A stretch of DNA of 64,000 nucleotides from Bdellovibrionota bacterium (GCA_044347345.1 JBIKUX010000006.1:1-64000), one strand, 5' to 3'; shown: positions 18,965-28,177, counted from the stretch's first letter. A program made the numbers and translations. The notes: generated from the letters alone by a model not told the origin.

Positions 18965-19828
18965 TTATCCCCCAAGCAGCTGCAGCGCTAACTGCGGCTG
19001 CTGATTAGCTTGTCCTAAGATAGCTACTCCTGCTTGTTGCAGAATATTAAGTCGCGTTAATTCAGCCGCTTCAGCAGCTACATCGGTATCACGAATCCGG
19101 CTTTCTGCAGCAAGAAAGTTTTCGCGCATAACTTGAAGATTATTGATTGTTACAGCCAAACGAGCCTCAGCGGCTCCAAGAGTTCCCCGATTTCGCGCGG
19201 CTGAAGCAATCGCCTCGTTAACAGCATTAAGAGCCAAACGGGCAGCAGACTGGGATTCAAGTTCAGTAGTAGCTATTATTGAATAAGAATGTACAGATGA
19301 ATGAGGTGCAGCTAAACCGAGAGATGCCAAAGTTCCTTGTACACCACTATAAGCTACCTGTGATAAAGAATTACCGTCAAATCCAACCTGAAAAACCGTC
19401 TGCTCAAAACTACTTAAAAGTAGTCTTCCATTAAAAGCAGTTGTATAAGCTATTCTCTCGATCTCGCTCGTAAGAGCTGTAAACTCATTTTGCAGAGCAG
19501 ATCTTTGAGTAACACTATAAACACCATTAGCTGATTGTTGCGCTAATTCAGAAAGTCGAGATAAAACGTTTGATATTTCTCCTAGTGCCTGATCAGAAAT
19601 ATTTATGATTGATATACCGTCACTTGCGTTTCTTACTCCAACTGAAGCTACTTTCCCTTGAGCCTTTAAGGCCTCGGCTATAGCAAGACCTGCTGCATCA
19701 TCTCTAGCTCTGTTTATTCTTGTACCAGATGAAAGACGCTCATATGCTGTAGTTAAGCCTGAAGTAGAACGTACAAGATTTCTTTGTGCGTTGAGCGACG
19801 CGACGTTTGTGCGTATGTTTATGCTCAT
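18965..19828 (-). CDS. fliC: flagellin, minimal (287 aa)
   Basis: Same flagellin N- and C-terminal motifs; tandem paralog. Confidence 0.95.
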   Translation of the reverse strand: MSINIRTNVASLNAQRNLVRSTSGLTTAYERLSSGTRINRARDDAAGLAIAEALKAQGKVASVGVRNASDGISIINISDQALGEISNVLSRLSELAQQSANGVYSVTQRSALQNEFTALTSEIERIAYTTAFNGRLLLSSFEQTVFQVGFDGNSLSQVAYSGVQGTLASLGLAAPHSSVHSYSIIATTELESQSAARLALNAVNEAIASAARNRGTLGAAEARLAVTINNLQVMRENFLAAESRIRDTDVAAEAAELTRLNILQQAGVAILGQANQQPQLALQLLGG

Positions 19829-19954
19829 CGATTATCTCCTTTTCCTACAACTTCTTCCTTGTTTTACTCCATTAATTTAACTACAAGAGATTTACTGTCA
19901 TTTATTACCGCTACATAACTCTTAGCAGATAACTCAGCAAACATCTTGCCAACT

Positions 19955-20995
19955 TCACTCAACAAAAGTTGAATTATAATTTTCTTTGTAGGCAAATACT
20001 TTATCCACATATGATCTTGTTGATTCAGGAAGTAACGGTGCAATACTACTATATTTACTAGCGTCTTTACCTTGCGCTATTGCTAACATTTGAGCTCTCG
20101 CTACTCTTCCTTCACCACAATTAAAGGCTGCTACCATAAGCCGCTCAAGCGAGTTCCCATCAGCAGCAGCGGTAGTTTTTGCCGATTTAGAAATTGGTGT
20201 ATCTACACTAAAAAGTGACTGTAGCCGCTTTAAATGGTTCATACCTAGTGCCACATTTAGGTCAGGGTCATAAGGAGAGTAGCTTCTATCAGTAGAAAGT
20301 TCGTTAAGTCTCTCTTTTCCAGTAGCATCTAAAAGTTGAAATAGACCTTTACTATAGTGACCATCACTACTAGTCGCCGTTGTATTAAAGCGTGATTCGG
20401 TGGCAATAACACTCAATCCCAGAGCAGGGTCTACAGTTCTCGCTGCTGGATGTCTCTCCACAAGAGATGAAACCTTGCTTATCCATTCCTCCTCAGACAC
20501 TAAATTAGGGGACGATACAACTTTCTTGGTTTGAATACGACGAGCTGACAGGATAATTGGGGTCGGTATTTCTGCTGCATCATTTTGATCAAGTGTAAAT
20601 AGGGACAAATCCTTTCCTATAGAAGGAGGGCTTGTTGTAGCAGAGGATACTAACTGCTGTTTACTCGATGATTCATCTTCTTTTTTTAATGGGAGCGCTA
20701 CACCTACTTTGGGAAACTGTAGCTTAGGTTCATCAGATTTAAATTCATTAATAAAAGTAAAGGTCTTTATATCGCTTAAATTATCGCTAAATATAGAGTC
20801 AACTACTTCTTGGTTAGTTTTTAAATTTGACTCATTTAGTACCTGAACATCGTTAGAGTTAATATTATCTTGAATTATTGGCAAAAATTCCGAAGTCTTC
20901 TGGTCAGTTTTTTCGGCTAACTGCTGCTGATGAGTCTTACTGCGCCAAATACTTTGGCCTACAGAATCATAAGTTCCAAGAAGAGATAAACGCAT
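19955..20995 (-). CDS. soluble lytic transglycosylase (SLT) domain protein
   Basis: ESRFN, KGLFQL, AAFNCG and ESTRSYV motifs after a low-complexity N-terminus. Confidence 0.88.
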   Translation of the reverse strand: MRLSLLGTYDSVGQSIWRSKTHQQQLAEKTDQKTSEFLPIIQDNINSNDVQVLNESNLKTNQEVVDSIFSDNLSDIKTFTFINEFKSDEPKLQFPKVGVALPLKKEDESSSKQQLVSSATTSPPSIGKDLSLFTLDQNDAAEIPTPIILSARRIQTKKVVSSPNLVSEEEWISKVSSLVERHPAARTVDPALGLSVIATESRFNTTATSSDGHYSKGLFQLLDATGKERLNELSTDRSYSPYDPDLNVALGMNHLKRLQSLFSVDTPISKSAKTTAAADGNSLERLMVAAFNCGEGRVARAQMLAIAQGKDASKYSSIAPLLPESTRSYVDKVFAYKENYNSTFVE

Positions 20996-21091
20996 ATAGA
21001 CTGTGAAAGCACTTACTTAGAATCTTTATTATGTGACATGCCTTACGTCATACCTTTGTCACTTTTGCTAACCCGATTTTAACAGCACGTG

Positions 21092-22633
21092 CTATGCCAA
21101 AGAGGAAGCAATCCATTCATCAAAAGAGGGTAATTGATATTTAGAGGCTAACTTTTCGTCGATTGCATGCTCAACGGCCTCTGAGAAGCGTGTTGGAGAT
21201 ATGAGAGGCTTTAATTTTATCAAAGCTCTTAACACCTCTTGAGTGATAGATTCAATTATTTCTCTTCCAACTTTTTCTCGTAATGTAGCAATCTGTTTCT
21301 TTCGTTCGATCAAATATAGCGCTTCGTTACTCATTGTATTAGCAGAGGCAACCTTTGGCCTCCTACTAGTACTAGAAGCTAATCTTGCTGGTTTTTTTTC
21401 AATAATACTAGATATTTTAGAAGTAGGGCGCTCTTTAATTATTCTATCAGATGGCAGTCGAAATGTCTGAGCTCTCTCTACAGCCCGATACAAAAATCCG
21501 ATAGGAGATCGGATAACTCCTGCATCTCCTTGGGCAAGTAATTGGTCAAAATGATCAATAATATGACTAATTCTCTCTAAACTTTTATCATCTTTATGTT
21601 CTATTAAACGTAATGCCTGCCCTTCACTTATTCCCCGTTGTGTAAGTTTAATGAGAATTTGTTGAAAAAACGTTTTTTCTGTTTTAACAGGTTCTAATAT
21701 ACTCCTAGGCTTGCCTTCTGATGCTAAGTCTAATTCTGTGCTTACTACGGCGCTTGAATTAATCTTAGGATGTTGTAATAAAGACTTTTTGCCATTTGCA
21801 GCATAAATAGTTACCACTGTTGTATGTCCTCTTCCTTCATAGTTTATTTTTTCAATAAACTTTTGGGATATTAGTTCATCAAATGCAGGATCAAGTTGTT
21901 GTTTTAAAGAGCTGGCATACTTATAGTTTCTGGAAACTCCAATTTTTTCATGTGCTAAGGTAAAGAGATTTATAGAAACGGTAGATTTGTACCAAAAATG
22001 TTTATCAAGATAACGATATAAGCGCTTACTTACGGCAGACTGAAGAGTTAAATAAAAATCTAAATCAAGTTTCTTAATAAACCCAACTTGGAATGAATTG
22101 AACATCACTTCACTCCATTCAAAAAAACTTGATTTTAAATCACCATCGCGACCAGCGCTTATTTCGTAAGAATCTATTAGTCCAAAGTTTTTAGTTGAAT
22201 GATTTTTTATTTCATTATCAAAAAATGCATTAGTAGCTTTGATACGAACACCACTTAAGCGGTCAAGGGCTTTTTGTAATCTTAAATAACTTCGACCTTC
22301 TGTGCTCCATCGCAAAATTTTTAACAATTCATATCGAGTAAAATAAACCTTTCTCCGACGCATACCGTCGTCAACACTTAACTTGAGTAATCCGAGTAGT
22401 ACCTCATCATCAGATGAAGTAGGTAATCCAAATTTATCTGCACCAGTAATTATCCATTGTCTTTCAACTAATTGGCCATTTTTGCCTTTAATCGAATCAT
22501 TAAATTCTAATGTTTTTATTGGACTGGATATTCGCGTCGACAAGACCGTCAAAGGAAATTCAGCAAGGTTCATCTCATCTCGTGAGACTAAAATAGCTGA
22601 ATTTTTTTCAATATTCTGTTTCCGACGGGGCAT
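21092..22633 (-). CDS. repA: plasmid-type replication initiator protein A (RPA-like family)
   Basis: DEMNLAEFP, GLPT..DEVL, FTRYELLKILRW..GRSY and RLYRYLDK are motifs I recognise from RPA-family initiators. The gene is divergent from parAB across a repeat-rich spacer. Confidence 0.8.
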   Translation of the reverse strand: MPRRKQNIEKNSAILVSRDEMNLAEFPLTVLSTRISSPIKTLEFNDSIKGKNGQLVERQWIITGADKFGLPTSSDDEVLLGLLKLSVDDGMRRRKVYFTRYELLKILRWSTEGRSYLRLQKALDRLSGVRIKATNAFFDNEIKNHSTKNFGLIDSYEISAGRDGDLKSSFFEWSEVMFNSFQVGFIKKLDLDFYLTLQSAVSKRLYRYLDKHFWYKSTVSINLFTLAHEKIGVSRNYKYASSLKQQLDPAFDELISQKFIEKINYEGRGHTTVVTIYAANGKKSLLQHPKINSSAVVSTELDLASEGKPRSILEPVKTEKTFFQQILIKLTQRGISEGQALRLIEHKDDKSLERISHIIDHFDQLLAQGDAGVIRSPIGFLYRAVERAQTFRLPSDRIIKERPTSKISSIIEKKPARLASSTSRRPKVASANTMSNEALYLIERKKQIATLREKVGREIIESITQEVLRALIKLKPLISPTRFSEAVEHAIDEKLASKYQLPSFDEWIASSLA

Positions 22634-22778
22634 AGTTTTTTAAATTTAACTTCATCATTAACTACATTATTAGTCATACGTTCTTTGTTGACGTTATACA
22701 ATGTATTAGTTTAATACTTAGTTTTAAGTGAGCGCACTTTTTAATGAATAAAATTAAGATGTTAAGCTCTAAAATTTC

Positions 22779-23122
22779 TTTCATTACACGAATAATTTAT
22801 CCTCAATTCACGATAAAACAGGTTTCATTACACGATAAAATTTTCGTCATTACACAATATTAGTTCCCCCAATGCACGGTGCTAATCACTTAGTAGTCGT
22901 GTCTTGAAATAAATAGCTCAGTTTTTAGCGTTTTTTGTATCGGGTAATCAAATAAAGAAATGTTTTTATAGCAGCAGACAAGTATATAAAGACCATATTG
23001 TTTGCGTTAAGTTAATACTCGTGAAATGAAGTAAAAAAATCTCACACTTTATGCCACCTATACGTTAACTTCTGTCGTAGATCTGCGTTGGATATGTTAT
23101 TACTTATTTCCGTACACGATAA
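22779..23122. promoter_or_regulatory. iteron-like array; putative replication origin
   Basis: TCATTACACGAT-like direct repeats at 22781, 22803, 22825, 22847 and 22869 (22-bp period). Inverted copies lie at 22894-22907, 22937-22950 and 23016-23029, with a further direct copy at 23109. Confidence 0.8.
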
Positions 23123-23152
23123 TGTGTTCGCGGAAGATAGAAAGGTTTGGTA

Positions 23153-23953
23153 ATGGCTAGAATCATCGGAGTTGTAAATCAAAAAGGCGGGGTCGGGAAA
23201 ACGACTACTACCAGTAATTTGGCAGCCGCTCTTGCTGATAGAGGTAAGCGTATTTTAGTGCTTGATATTGACCCTCAAGCTAATTGCACTACCCATTTGG
23301 GAGTTTCATCAGGAGAGGAACTAGGTGAGCTTGAGAGTAGTGTCGGAGCCCAAATAGAGGAGCAAAAGCGCACAATCTATAATGTGTTAAAGGGGCAATG
23401 TGATATAGCTTCAGCTCGGGTGCATAGGTCTCAAAATTTAGATATTGTTCCTTCTAGTTTACTTTTAAGCGCTGCAGACCTTGAGCTAGGTGGTGTAGTT
23501 GGTAGGGAATTATTGTTACGTCGAGCTCTTACTGCAGTGGCTGATGAGTACGACTTTATTTTAGTAGACTGTCCTCCAGCTCTCGGATTGTTATCTCTTA
23601 ACGCTCTAGCAGCTGTAAATGAGGTTATTGTTCCCGTTCAAAGTGAATATTTAGCTCTGCACGGTGTAAGGCAGCTTTTAGATACCATTGACCAAGTTAA
23701 AGCGATTTACAATCCTTCTTTAAAAGTTGGTGGAGTTCTTATTTGCTTACACGATAACAGAAGAAAGCTTGCTCGTGAGGTTGCTGATATTATCAGAGCC
23801 TACTTTGGTGATCTAGTTTTTACTACTGTTATAAGGTCAAATGTGTCACTCGCTGAAGCTCCATCAGAGGGAAAGAGTATATTTGAGTATTCTCCGAAGT
23901 CTTCAGGTGCCGATGATTACCGTTCTCTTGCACAGGAGGTAGATAATGGCTAA
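23153..23953 (+). CDS. parA: ParA/Soj ATPase
   Basis: NQKGGVGKTT, DIDPQAN, DCPPALG; the ATG at 23153 is the likely start. Confidence 0.95.
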   Translation: MARIIGVVNQKGGVGKTTTTSNLAAALADRGKRILVLDIDPQANCTTHLGVSSGEELGELESSVGAQIEEQKRTIYNVLKGQCDIASARVHRSQNLDIVPSSLLLSAADLELGGVVGRELLLRRALTAVADEYDFILVDCPPALGLLSLNALAAVNEVIVPVQSEYLALHGVRQLLDTIDQVKAIYNPSLKVGGVLICLHDNRRKLAREVADIIRAYFGDLVFTTVIRSNVSLAEAPSEGKSIFEYSPKSSGADDYRSLAQEVDNG

Positions 23954-24809
23954 GAAAAGACTTTCTCTAGTTGGAAATCCCCTCTTATCTGGACCTTCAT
24001 TACTTGATAGAGAGCATATTGGAGTGCCTTATCGTGAAATTCAGATTTCTCAGATACAACGAGATCCTAACCAACCTAGGCAATTATTTGACGAAGAGCG
24101 ATTGAAAGAGTTAGCTGCGTCAATTGCTACTTACGGTGTACTCAGCCCAATTTTAGTGCGAGCAACCGAGAGCCCGGGTATTTTTCGCTTAATTGCTGGA
24201 GAACGTCGTCTTCGAGCTGCTGGAATGGCAGGTCTTTCTGCTATACCTGCTTTGGTTGATCAAAGCGATGAAAGTAGTGGTGAACGTACTCTAGCAATGC
24301 AGCTTGTTGAGAATATTCAGCGAGCAGATCTTTCCCCACTTGAGCGTGCTCATGCAATAGGTGCGTTAAGAGACTCCTTCAATCTTTCAGTGAGAGAGGT
24401 TGCTGAAAAGCTCGGTATTTCAAAAAGTATGGTTCAACGGAGTTTAGATATCTTATCTCTACCTGATGACCTCTTAAATGCATTAAGAGACGGAGCCCCT
24501 GAATCTAAAATTTTACTACTTGCTAAAATTGAGGACGAGGAGATCAGGGCAAGCTATCTGAAGGATATTGATCTTTTAACCCGTAGCCAGCTACAAAAAG
24601 ACCTTGAAAAAGAAAAAGCTCAACTTGAAAGGCAGTCTTTTGTTTCACCTGAGGATAGAAGAATAGCAGATGAAATGCAGCGGAGTATCGGTTTAAAAGT
24701 GAGATTGCAAAGAACAAATCCGGAATCAGTTAGTGGTAGATTGGTAATAGATTTTTATTCTGACACTGATCTACAACTCTTATTTCGTCGGCTAGTAGGA
24801 GATGAATAA
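23946..24809 (+). CDS. parB: ParB/Spo0J-family partition protein
   Basis: PNQPR, LIAGERRLRA CTPase motif, ENIQR, HTH SVREVAEKLGISKSMVQRSL. Confidence 0.95.
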   Translation: MAKKRLSLVGNPLLSGPSLLDREHIGVPYREIQISQIQRDPNQPRQLFDEERLKELAASIATYGVLSPILVRATESPGIFRLIAGERRLRAAGMAGLSAIPALVDQSDESSGERTLAMQLVENIQRADLSPLERAHAIGALRDSFNLSVREVAEKLGISKSMVQRSLDILSLPDDLLNALRDGAPESKILLLAKIEDEEIRASYLKDIDLLTRSQLQKDLEKEKAQLERQSFVSPEDRRIADEMQRSIGLKVRLQRTNPESVSGRLVIDFYSDTDLQLLFRRLVGDE

Positions 24810-26244
24810 TTATAATAAGAAAAATGTCCCTCGGTGGGACGGCGATAGTAGCCGGTTAAGCATTCCTTTGGCTGTGTCCCACCGTGGGACAGAGTCGCAG
24901 GGTAGTAGTAGTTGTAGTGGTAGTGGATTGGAAAATGTTGGTAGCGGTAGAGCTTATCTCCAGACTCTTGCCCAATGGAGAGGAGATGCTAATTTTTCCC
25001 TAGAAAATATTAAGAAAGTCCTGCATAAGCTCGGAAATCCACAAGATGCCGTTCCAGTAATTCATGTCGCTGGAACTAACGGTAAAGGTTCTGTATCTGC
25101 TTTTTGTGCAGGGATTTTAGGAGCAGCCGGAAAAAAAGTTGGACTAACTATATCGCCCCATTTATCTGATTTAACTGAGCGGATAATTATCAATGGTTTG
25201 CCGATAAGCGAGTCAGTTCTGGATGAACTAACTCCTCATCTAAGAGTAGCAATTGAATCTGCTGATGTACGTTTAAGTTTCCATGAAGGGATAACGGCAC
25301 TAGCTTTTTTGGCCTTTCGAGAGTTAGGTCTAGATTATGGTGTAGTAGAGGTAGGATTAGGTGGTCGCTTAGATTCAACTAATGTCATTACACGACCAGA
25401 AGTTGCGATTATTACATCGATTGGATTCGATCATTGTCATATTCTTGGTAATACTTTAGCTGAGATAGCTAGGGAAAAAGCTGGAATAATAAAGGTAAAC
25501 TCGGTGACAGTTGTAGGAGAACTTTTAGATGAGGCTCTGAAACAGATAGTAAATATTGCCATGTCGAAACGTTCGCAACTCTTTATTTTTGATCGTGATT
25601 TTTATGCGAAAACACGTGATGATCAAGTTGAGATAGTATTATCAGATGAAGAAAGATTAACTACTAAATTGGCCTTACAGGGGGTACATCAACAGAAAAA
25701 TGCGGCTGTAGCGGCCTACGCTACACATACTATCGGTATTGATAAGCAATCAATTTCCTTAGGATTGTCTCGAGTATTTTGGCCAGGTCGATTTGAAGAG
25801 GTAGAGTTACCTAATGGCCGTATTATTCTGGACTGTGCTCATAATCCAAATGGGATTGATACCTTTATTGCGACTCTTAATTTAACTCAGCATGTTATTC
25901 CCAATGCTATTGGTTTTGGTTGTTTAGATACTAAAGACTGGAGAGGAATGATTGATAGATTGGTAGCGTATGCTCCGAGTGCTGAATGGCTTATTGGTGA
26001 GCCTGAATCTTCTCAATCAGTGAGTAGTGAAATAATTGAAGAATATTTATCGGGTTTTGGTATAAGAGCTACTTCTTTCAAAGCACGATATCAAGATTTA
26101 GCTTCTGCTCTTTGTGCAGCGGCTTCACGACAATCACAACGGGTGGGCAATAATAATAAGGGACTAGCGGTTCTCGCCGGATCGATCTATCTCCTAGGTA
26201 AGGTGCGTCCTTACTTCGTCTCGTATAATCGCTTGATTTGGTAA
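24802..26244 (+). CDS. folC: folylpolyglutamate synthase/dihydrofolate synthase
   Basis: IHVAGTNGKGS, EVGLGGRLDSTN, WPGRFE, LDCAHNP. The true start may be about 40 codons downstream of the ORF start. Confidence 0.93.
   Translation: MNNYNKKNVPRWDGDSSRLSIPLAVSHRGTESQGSSSCSGSGLENVGSGRAYLQTLAQWRGDANFSLENIKKVLHKLGNPQDAVPVIHVAGTNGKGSVSAFCAGILGAAGKKVGLTISPHLSDLTERIIINGLPISESVLDELTPHLRVAIESADVRLSFHEGITALAFLAFRELGLDYGVVEVGLGGRLDSTNVITRPEVAIITSIGFDHCHILGNTLAEIAREKAGIIKVNSVTVVGELLDEALKQIVNIAMSKRSQLFIFDRDFYAKTRDDQVEIVLSDEERLTTKLALQGVHQQKNAAVAAYATHTIGIDKQSISLGLSRVFWPGRFEEVELPNGRIILDCAHNPNGIDTFIATLNLTQHVIPNAIGFGCLDTKDWRGMIDRLVAYAPSAEWLIGEPESSQSVSSEIIEEYLSGFGIRATSFKARYQDLASALCAAASRQSQRVGNNNKGLAVLAGSIYLLGKVRPYFVSYNRLIW
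24825..24891. promoter_or_regulatory. two parS-like palindromes
   Basis: TGTCCCTCGGTGGGACG (24825-24841) and the perfect TGTCCCAC-C-GTGGGACA (24875-24891), directly after parB. Confidence 0.7.
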
Positions 26245-26337
26245 TTTTTATTAGCTAGTCGGTGTCGATATAAGAGCCTCGAGATAGGGACTTAAAGATA
26301 GTGGTGGAAATCCCTTTTAAAGTCTTAGGAACTACGT

Positions 26338-27261
26338 ATGTCTTCTCTTTTTACAGTGGTTGACGCAGTTATAGAGCGATGGATTCTTGAGGAAATTGGT
26401 GAAGATGACCTAAGATTACCCATTCGGTATATGACAACAGATAGTGGTGCGGCAGGTAAGAGAATTCGTTCTCAATTAGCATTCGCTGTTTATACTGATT
26501 GTGGTGGATTATCTATGCAGGCAATTGCACCCGCTCTTGCTGCCTTGGAAATGATGCATACTGCTACTCTTATTCATGATGATTTACCAGCTTTAGATAA
26601 TGATGACTACAGGCGCGGTAGATTGTCGTGTCATAAACAATTCTCAGAGTCGATAGCTATTTTGGTTGGTGATTGTTTAATGACAGGCGCTATCACAGTG
26701 CTTGGTACATTACCTTTTAATTCCAATGTTATAAGTGACACAATCAGATACCTTTCTGGGGCGGTAACGGCTGTTAATCGTGGTCAAGTTTGGGATCTTC
26801 GCCGTACTCCCAATGATAATTTACGAGGCTTATATAGATTAAAGACCGGCGCTTTATTTAGAGCTGCTTTAGTCATTGGTGCTCGACTAGCCTTAAATTC
26901 ATCTGGTACAGAGAGTAGTGACAATAGCGACGAAATATTCGCTGTTTTTGGAAGATTGGGAGATGAGATAGGGATTTTGTTTCAGCTTCTCGATGACCTT
27001 ATTGATAAAACTGAGGAGAAAGGGCGGCTTGGATTATCTAGTGACTTACGTCTAGAAAAAAAGACTATATCAGAATTAGACTCAGACATAGCCTCCGAAT
27101 ATGTTGTAACTACCGTTCGAGGTATTTTTGGAGCTTATGATGATTTGACCAGATTAGGGGTCGCAATCGAAAAAACTAGAGGTATTATTGATCCATTAAT
27201 CACGAAAATAAGTAATCTGATAGTTGGTTCTGATATCGAGCAAATTGATTCAAGTATTTAA
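26338..27261 (+). CDS. ispA: farnesyl/geranylgeranyl diphosphate synthase
   Basis: GKRIR, HDDLPALDNDDYRRG (FARM), KTGALF, FQLLDDLID (SARM). Confidence 0.9.
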   Translation: MSSLFTVVDAVIERWILEEIGEDDLRLPIRYMTTDSGAAGKRIRSQLAFAVYTDCGGLSMQAIAPALAALEMMHTATLIHDDLPALDNDDYRRGRLSCHKQFSESIAILVGDCLMTGAITVLGTLPFNSNVISDTIRYLSGAVTAVNRGQVWDLRRTPNDNLRGLYRLKTGALFRAALVIGARLALNSSGTESSDNSDEIFAVFGRLGDEIGILFQLLDDLIDKTEEKGRLGLSSDLRLEKKTISELDSDIASEYVVTTVRGIFGAYDDLTRLGVAIEKTRGIIDPLITKISNLIVGSDIEQIDSSI

Positions 27262-27313
27262 AATTTAGTAATTAGCCTCATAACTTTTTGATGTGGTGAG
27301 ATAAAATTTTCTA

Positions 27314-27392
27314 TTTTAAATTATGGGTGTCTTAAATTAGAGTGGGTGTCTTAAGTTAGAGAAGTTTTTTTAAATTATGGGTGTCTTAAATT
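27314..27392 (+). repeat. triplicated TGGGTGTCTTAA motif spanning the start of the next gene
   Basis: TTTTAAATTATGGGTGTCTTAAATT at 27314 and 27368, with a partial copy at 27343. Confidence 0.8.
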
Positions 27393-28177
27393 TGGAGTAT
27401 CAGGCCGTTGTAGCTGCGGTAAAGGAAGTTGGAGATTTGCTATGTTCTTTGTGGCCCGTTAACGGTGATGCTAGCCACTTGTGTCCCACAGAAAAGGGTG
27501 ATGGTAGTTTGGTTTCAAAGGCAGATTATTTAGCGAACGAATTACTGATTAAACGGATTCAGAATTGTTTTCCAAATGATCAGATTCACTCTGAAGAATC
27601 TCCTTTGATTAATTTCCGTTCTACAGATCAGTGGAGATGGATAATTGATCCCTTGGATGGAACTAAATCTTTTCTCGCTGGTCGTGATGATTTTTCGGTA
27701 CTTGTCTGTCGCACCAAAGACGGTGAGCCTGACTTTGCTGTTATGTATTTTCCGGTGCGTAATGTGCTTGCACTAGCAGTTTGTGGTGAGGGAGCTACAA
27801 TTAATGGTGTTTCTAGTATGGTAGCTAATCACAAGCTACCTCGTAAGGCTGGTATCTATGTAAGAAATACTACTATAAATATTCAATCTGATAGTATATA
27901 TCCAGATAGTATGGATTCAGGGCTAGCGCAGCTAAATGTAGCGCAGGGTACTTTTGATGGAGCAATTATTGGCTTAACTACACATAGGGAGTGGGATATT
28001 GCAGCTCCGTCACTTATAGTTAAGGAGTCTGGTGGTATCGTAACCGACGAAAGTGGTACACCTATTTTGTTTAATCACCCAGGTATCACAGCTAAAATAT
28101 ACATAGCTGCTAGCTCTGCTAGTTACAAAACACTCTTCTCTAGTATTACACCCTATTCTAAGCAAAGCTACCACTAG
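27377..28177 (+). CDS. inositol monophosphatase/CysQ family protein
   Basis: SEE, IDPLDGT, WDIAA. Confidence 0.9.
   Translation: MGVLNLEYQAVVAAVKEVGDLLCSLWPVNGDASHLCPTEKGDGSLVSKADYLANELLIKRIQNCFPNDQIHSEESPLINFRSTDQWRWIIDPLDGTKSFLAGRDDFSVLVCRTKDGEPDFAVMYFPVRNVLALAVCGEGATINGVSSMVANHKLPRKAGIYVRNTTINIQSDSIYPDSMDSGLAQLNVAQGTFDGAIIGLTTHREWDIAAPSLIVKESGGIVTDESGTPILFNHPGITAKIYIAASSASYKTLFSSITPYSKQSYH

Noticed and set aside
20001-20009. Perfect DnaA box TTATCCACA
   Set aside because: A single copy inside the SLT coding sequence. The spacer has only one mismatched box (22797-22805), so there is no DnaA-box cluster.
24641-24656. TGTTTCACCTGAGGAT as a canonical parS
   Set aside because: Only a half-site match, and it lies within the parB coding sequence.
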